DNA from: Clostridiaceae bacterium
GTDB taxonomy: Bacteria > Bacillota > Clostridia > CAYPLH01 > DUMO01
DNA length: 38,007 nucleotides
Direction of reading: 5' to 3'
Assembly (NCBI GenBank): GCA_012839865.1
Contig: DUMO01000051.1
Coordinates: 124,001 to 162,007, forward strand
Positions 37,322 to 38,007 of the stretch are shown here, one piece after another. The notes below the pieces were generated by a model. That model was not told where the DNA came from, did not search any database, and saw only the letters and a list, made by a program, of their open reading frames with translations. How positions within the stretch are numbered: position 1 is the stretch's first letter; the number at the start of each line of letters is the position of its first letter. The translations under genes and the position numbers were made by a program.

Positions 37322-37351
37322 ATTATATCATACCTGTAATTGGGATGTCCA
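37322..37351 (-). promoter_or_regulatory. SigA promoter of the pyr operon
   Basis: TGGACA-18 nt-TATAAT with an extended -10 TG, just upstream of the PyrR loop. Confidence 0.72.
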
Positions 37352-37390
37352 TATACTTTAAAAATTTTTTTACAGATTGCTTGTGTCCTT

Positions 37391-38007
37391 CTACTTTGAT
37401 TCCTCTCTCAAAGCCTCTTCCAGTAATGCTTTGTCACTGTCGCTTAATTCAAGCTTTTCAAACAAATCAGGTCTTTTTTCATATGTTCGCTTCAGGGACT
37501 GCTGGTACCTCCATTTTTCAATATTTGCATGATGGCCTGACAAAAGAATTTCAGGCACCTTTCTACCGTTAAATTCATAGGGTCTGGTATATTGAGGGTA
37601 CTCCAAAATCCCGTTGTAATGAGATTCGTTGACATATGAGCTTTCACCGGAAAGCACTCCGGGTATGAGTCTTGAAACACAATCTATCAACAGCATGGCA
37701 GGCACTTCTCCGCCTGTCACCACAAAATCCCCTATTGAAATTTCCTCGTCCACAATTTCCTCCAGAACCCGTTCATCCACACCTTCATAATGACCGCAGA
37801 GTATTACAATATGATTATGCATTTTCAACCGCTCGGCAGCTTTCTGGTTAAAAGTATTTCCCTGGGGGCTCATGTAAATAACCCATGGCTTTGTATCCAC
37901 ACTATTTAAAATTGACATGTAGGCATCATATATGGGCTGTGCCATCATAACAAGTCCGCTTCCACCGCCATAGGGGTAATCGTCCACTTTGCGGTGCTTG
38001 TTTTTTG
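37391..38007 (-). CDS. trmD: tRNA (guanine-N1)-methyltransferase TrmD (5' end outside the window)
   Basis: DDYPYGGG, SPQG, LCGHYEGVDERV, SIGDFVVTGGE and LEYPQYTRP; the frame is open to the window edge. Confidence 0.97.
   Translation of the reverse strand, partial: KNKHRKVDDYPYGGGSGLVMMAQPIYDAYMSILNSVDTKPWVIYMSPQGNTFNQKAAERLKMHNHIVILCGHYEGVDERVLEEIVDEEISIGDFVVTGGEVPAMLLIDCVSRLIPGVLSGESSYVNESHYNGILEYPQYTRPYEFNGRKVPEILLSGHHANIEKWRYQQSLKRTYEKRPDLFEKLELSDSDKALLEEALREESK

Overview
Chromosomal, mostly housekeeping window from a Clostridia-type Bacillota genome; gene order and content resemble Acetivibrio/Ruminiclostridium relatives (inference). Nearly all genes are on the minus strand. In transcription order the window holds: trmD (partial); a PyrR-attenuated pyr operon (pyrR-pyrB-pyrC-pyrF-carB-pyrK-pyrD-pyrE-like) with no carA; acyl-CoA ligase-miaB-ymcA-like-mutS-mutL-miaA-hfq; divergent lexA and yneA-like genes with three SOS boxes; cysteine desulfurase-thiI; a VanW protein; an AIR-synthase-like protein; glyA; rarA; and iscR-iscS-iscU with two candidate IscR operators. 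The accessory-looking part is about 2.3-7 kb. It contains a REP-like palindrome cluster, a lipoprotein serpin with an ECF-sigma-like promoter, and a plus-strand two-gene operon. That operon pairs a doubly frameshifted nucleosidase-fold gene with an intact spore-photoproduct-lyase-like radical SAM enzyme that appears to lack the canonical SPL radical-relay residues, and it is the best candidate for an undescribed system. Features absent from the ORF track are iscU, a 51-aa two-TM membrane protein and the third segment of the nucleosidase gene. Two independent tandem duplications of gene 3' ends were also seen. No rRNA, tRNA, CRISPR array, integrase or transposase was recognised. All alignments and motif calls were made by eye.
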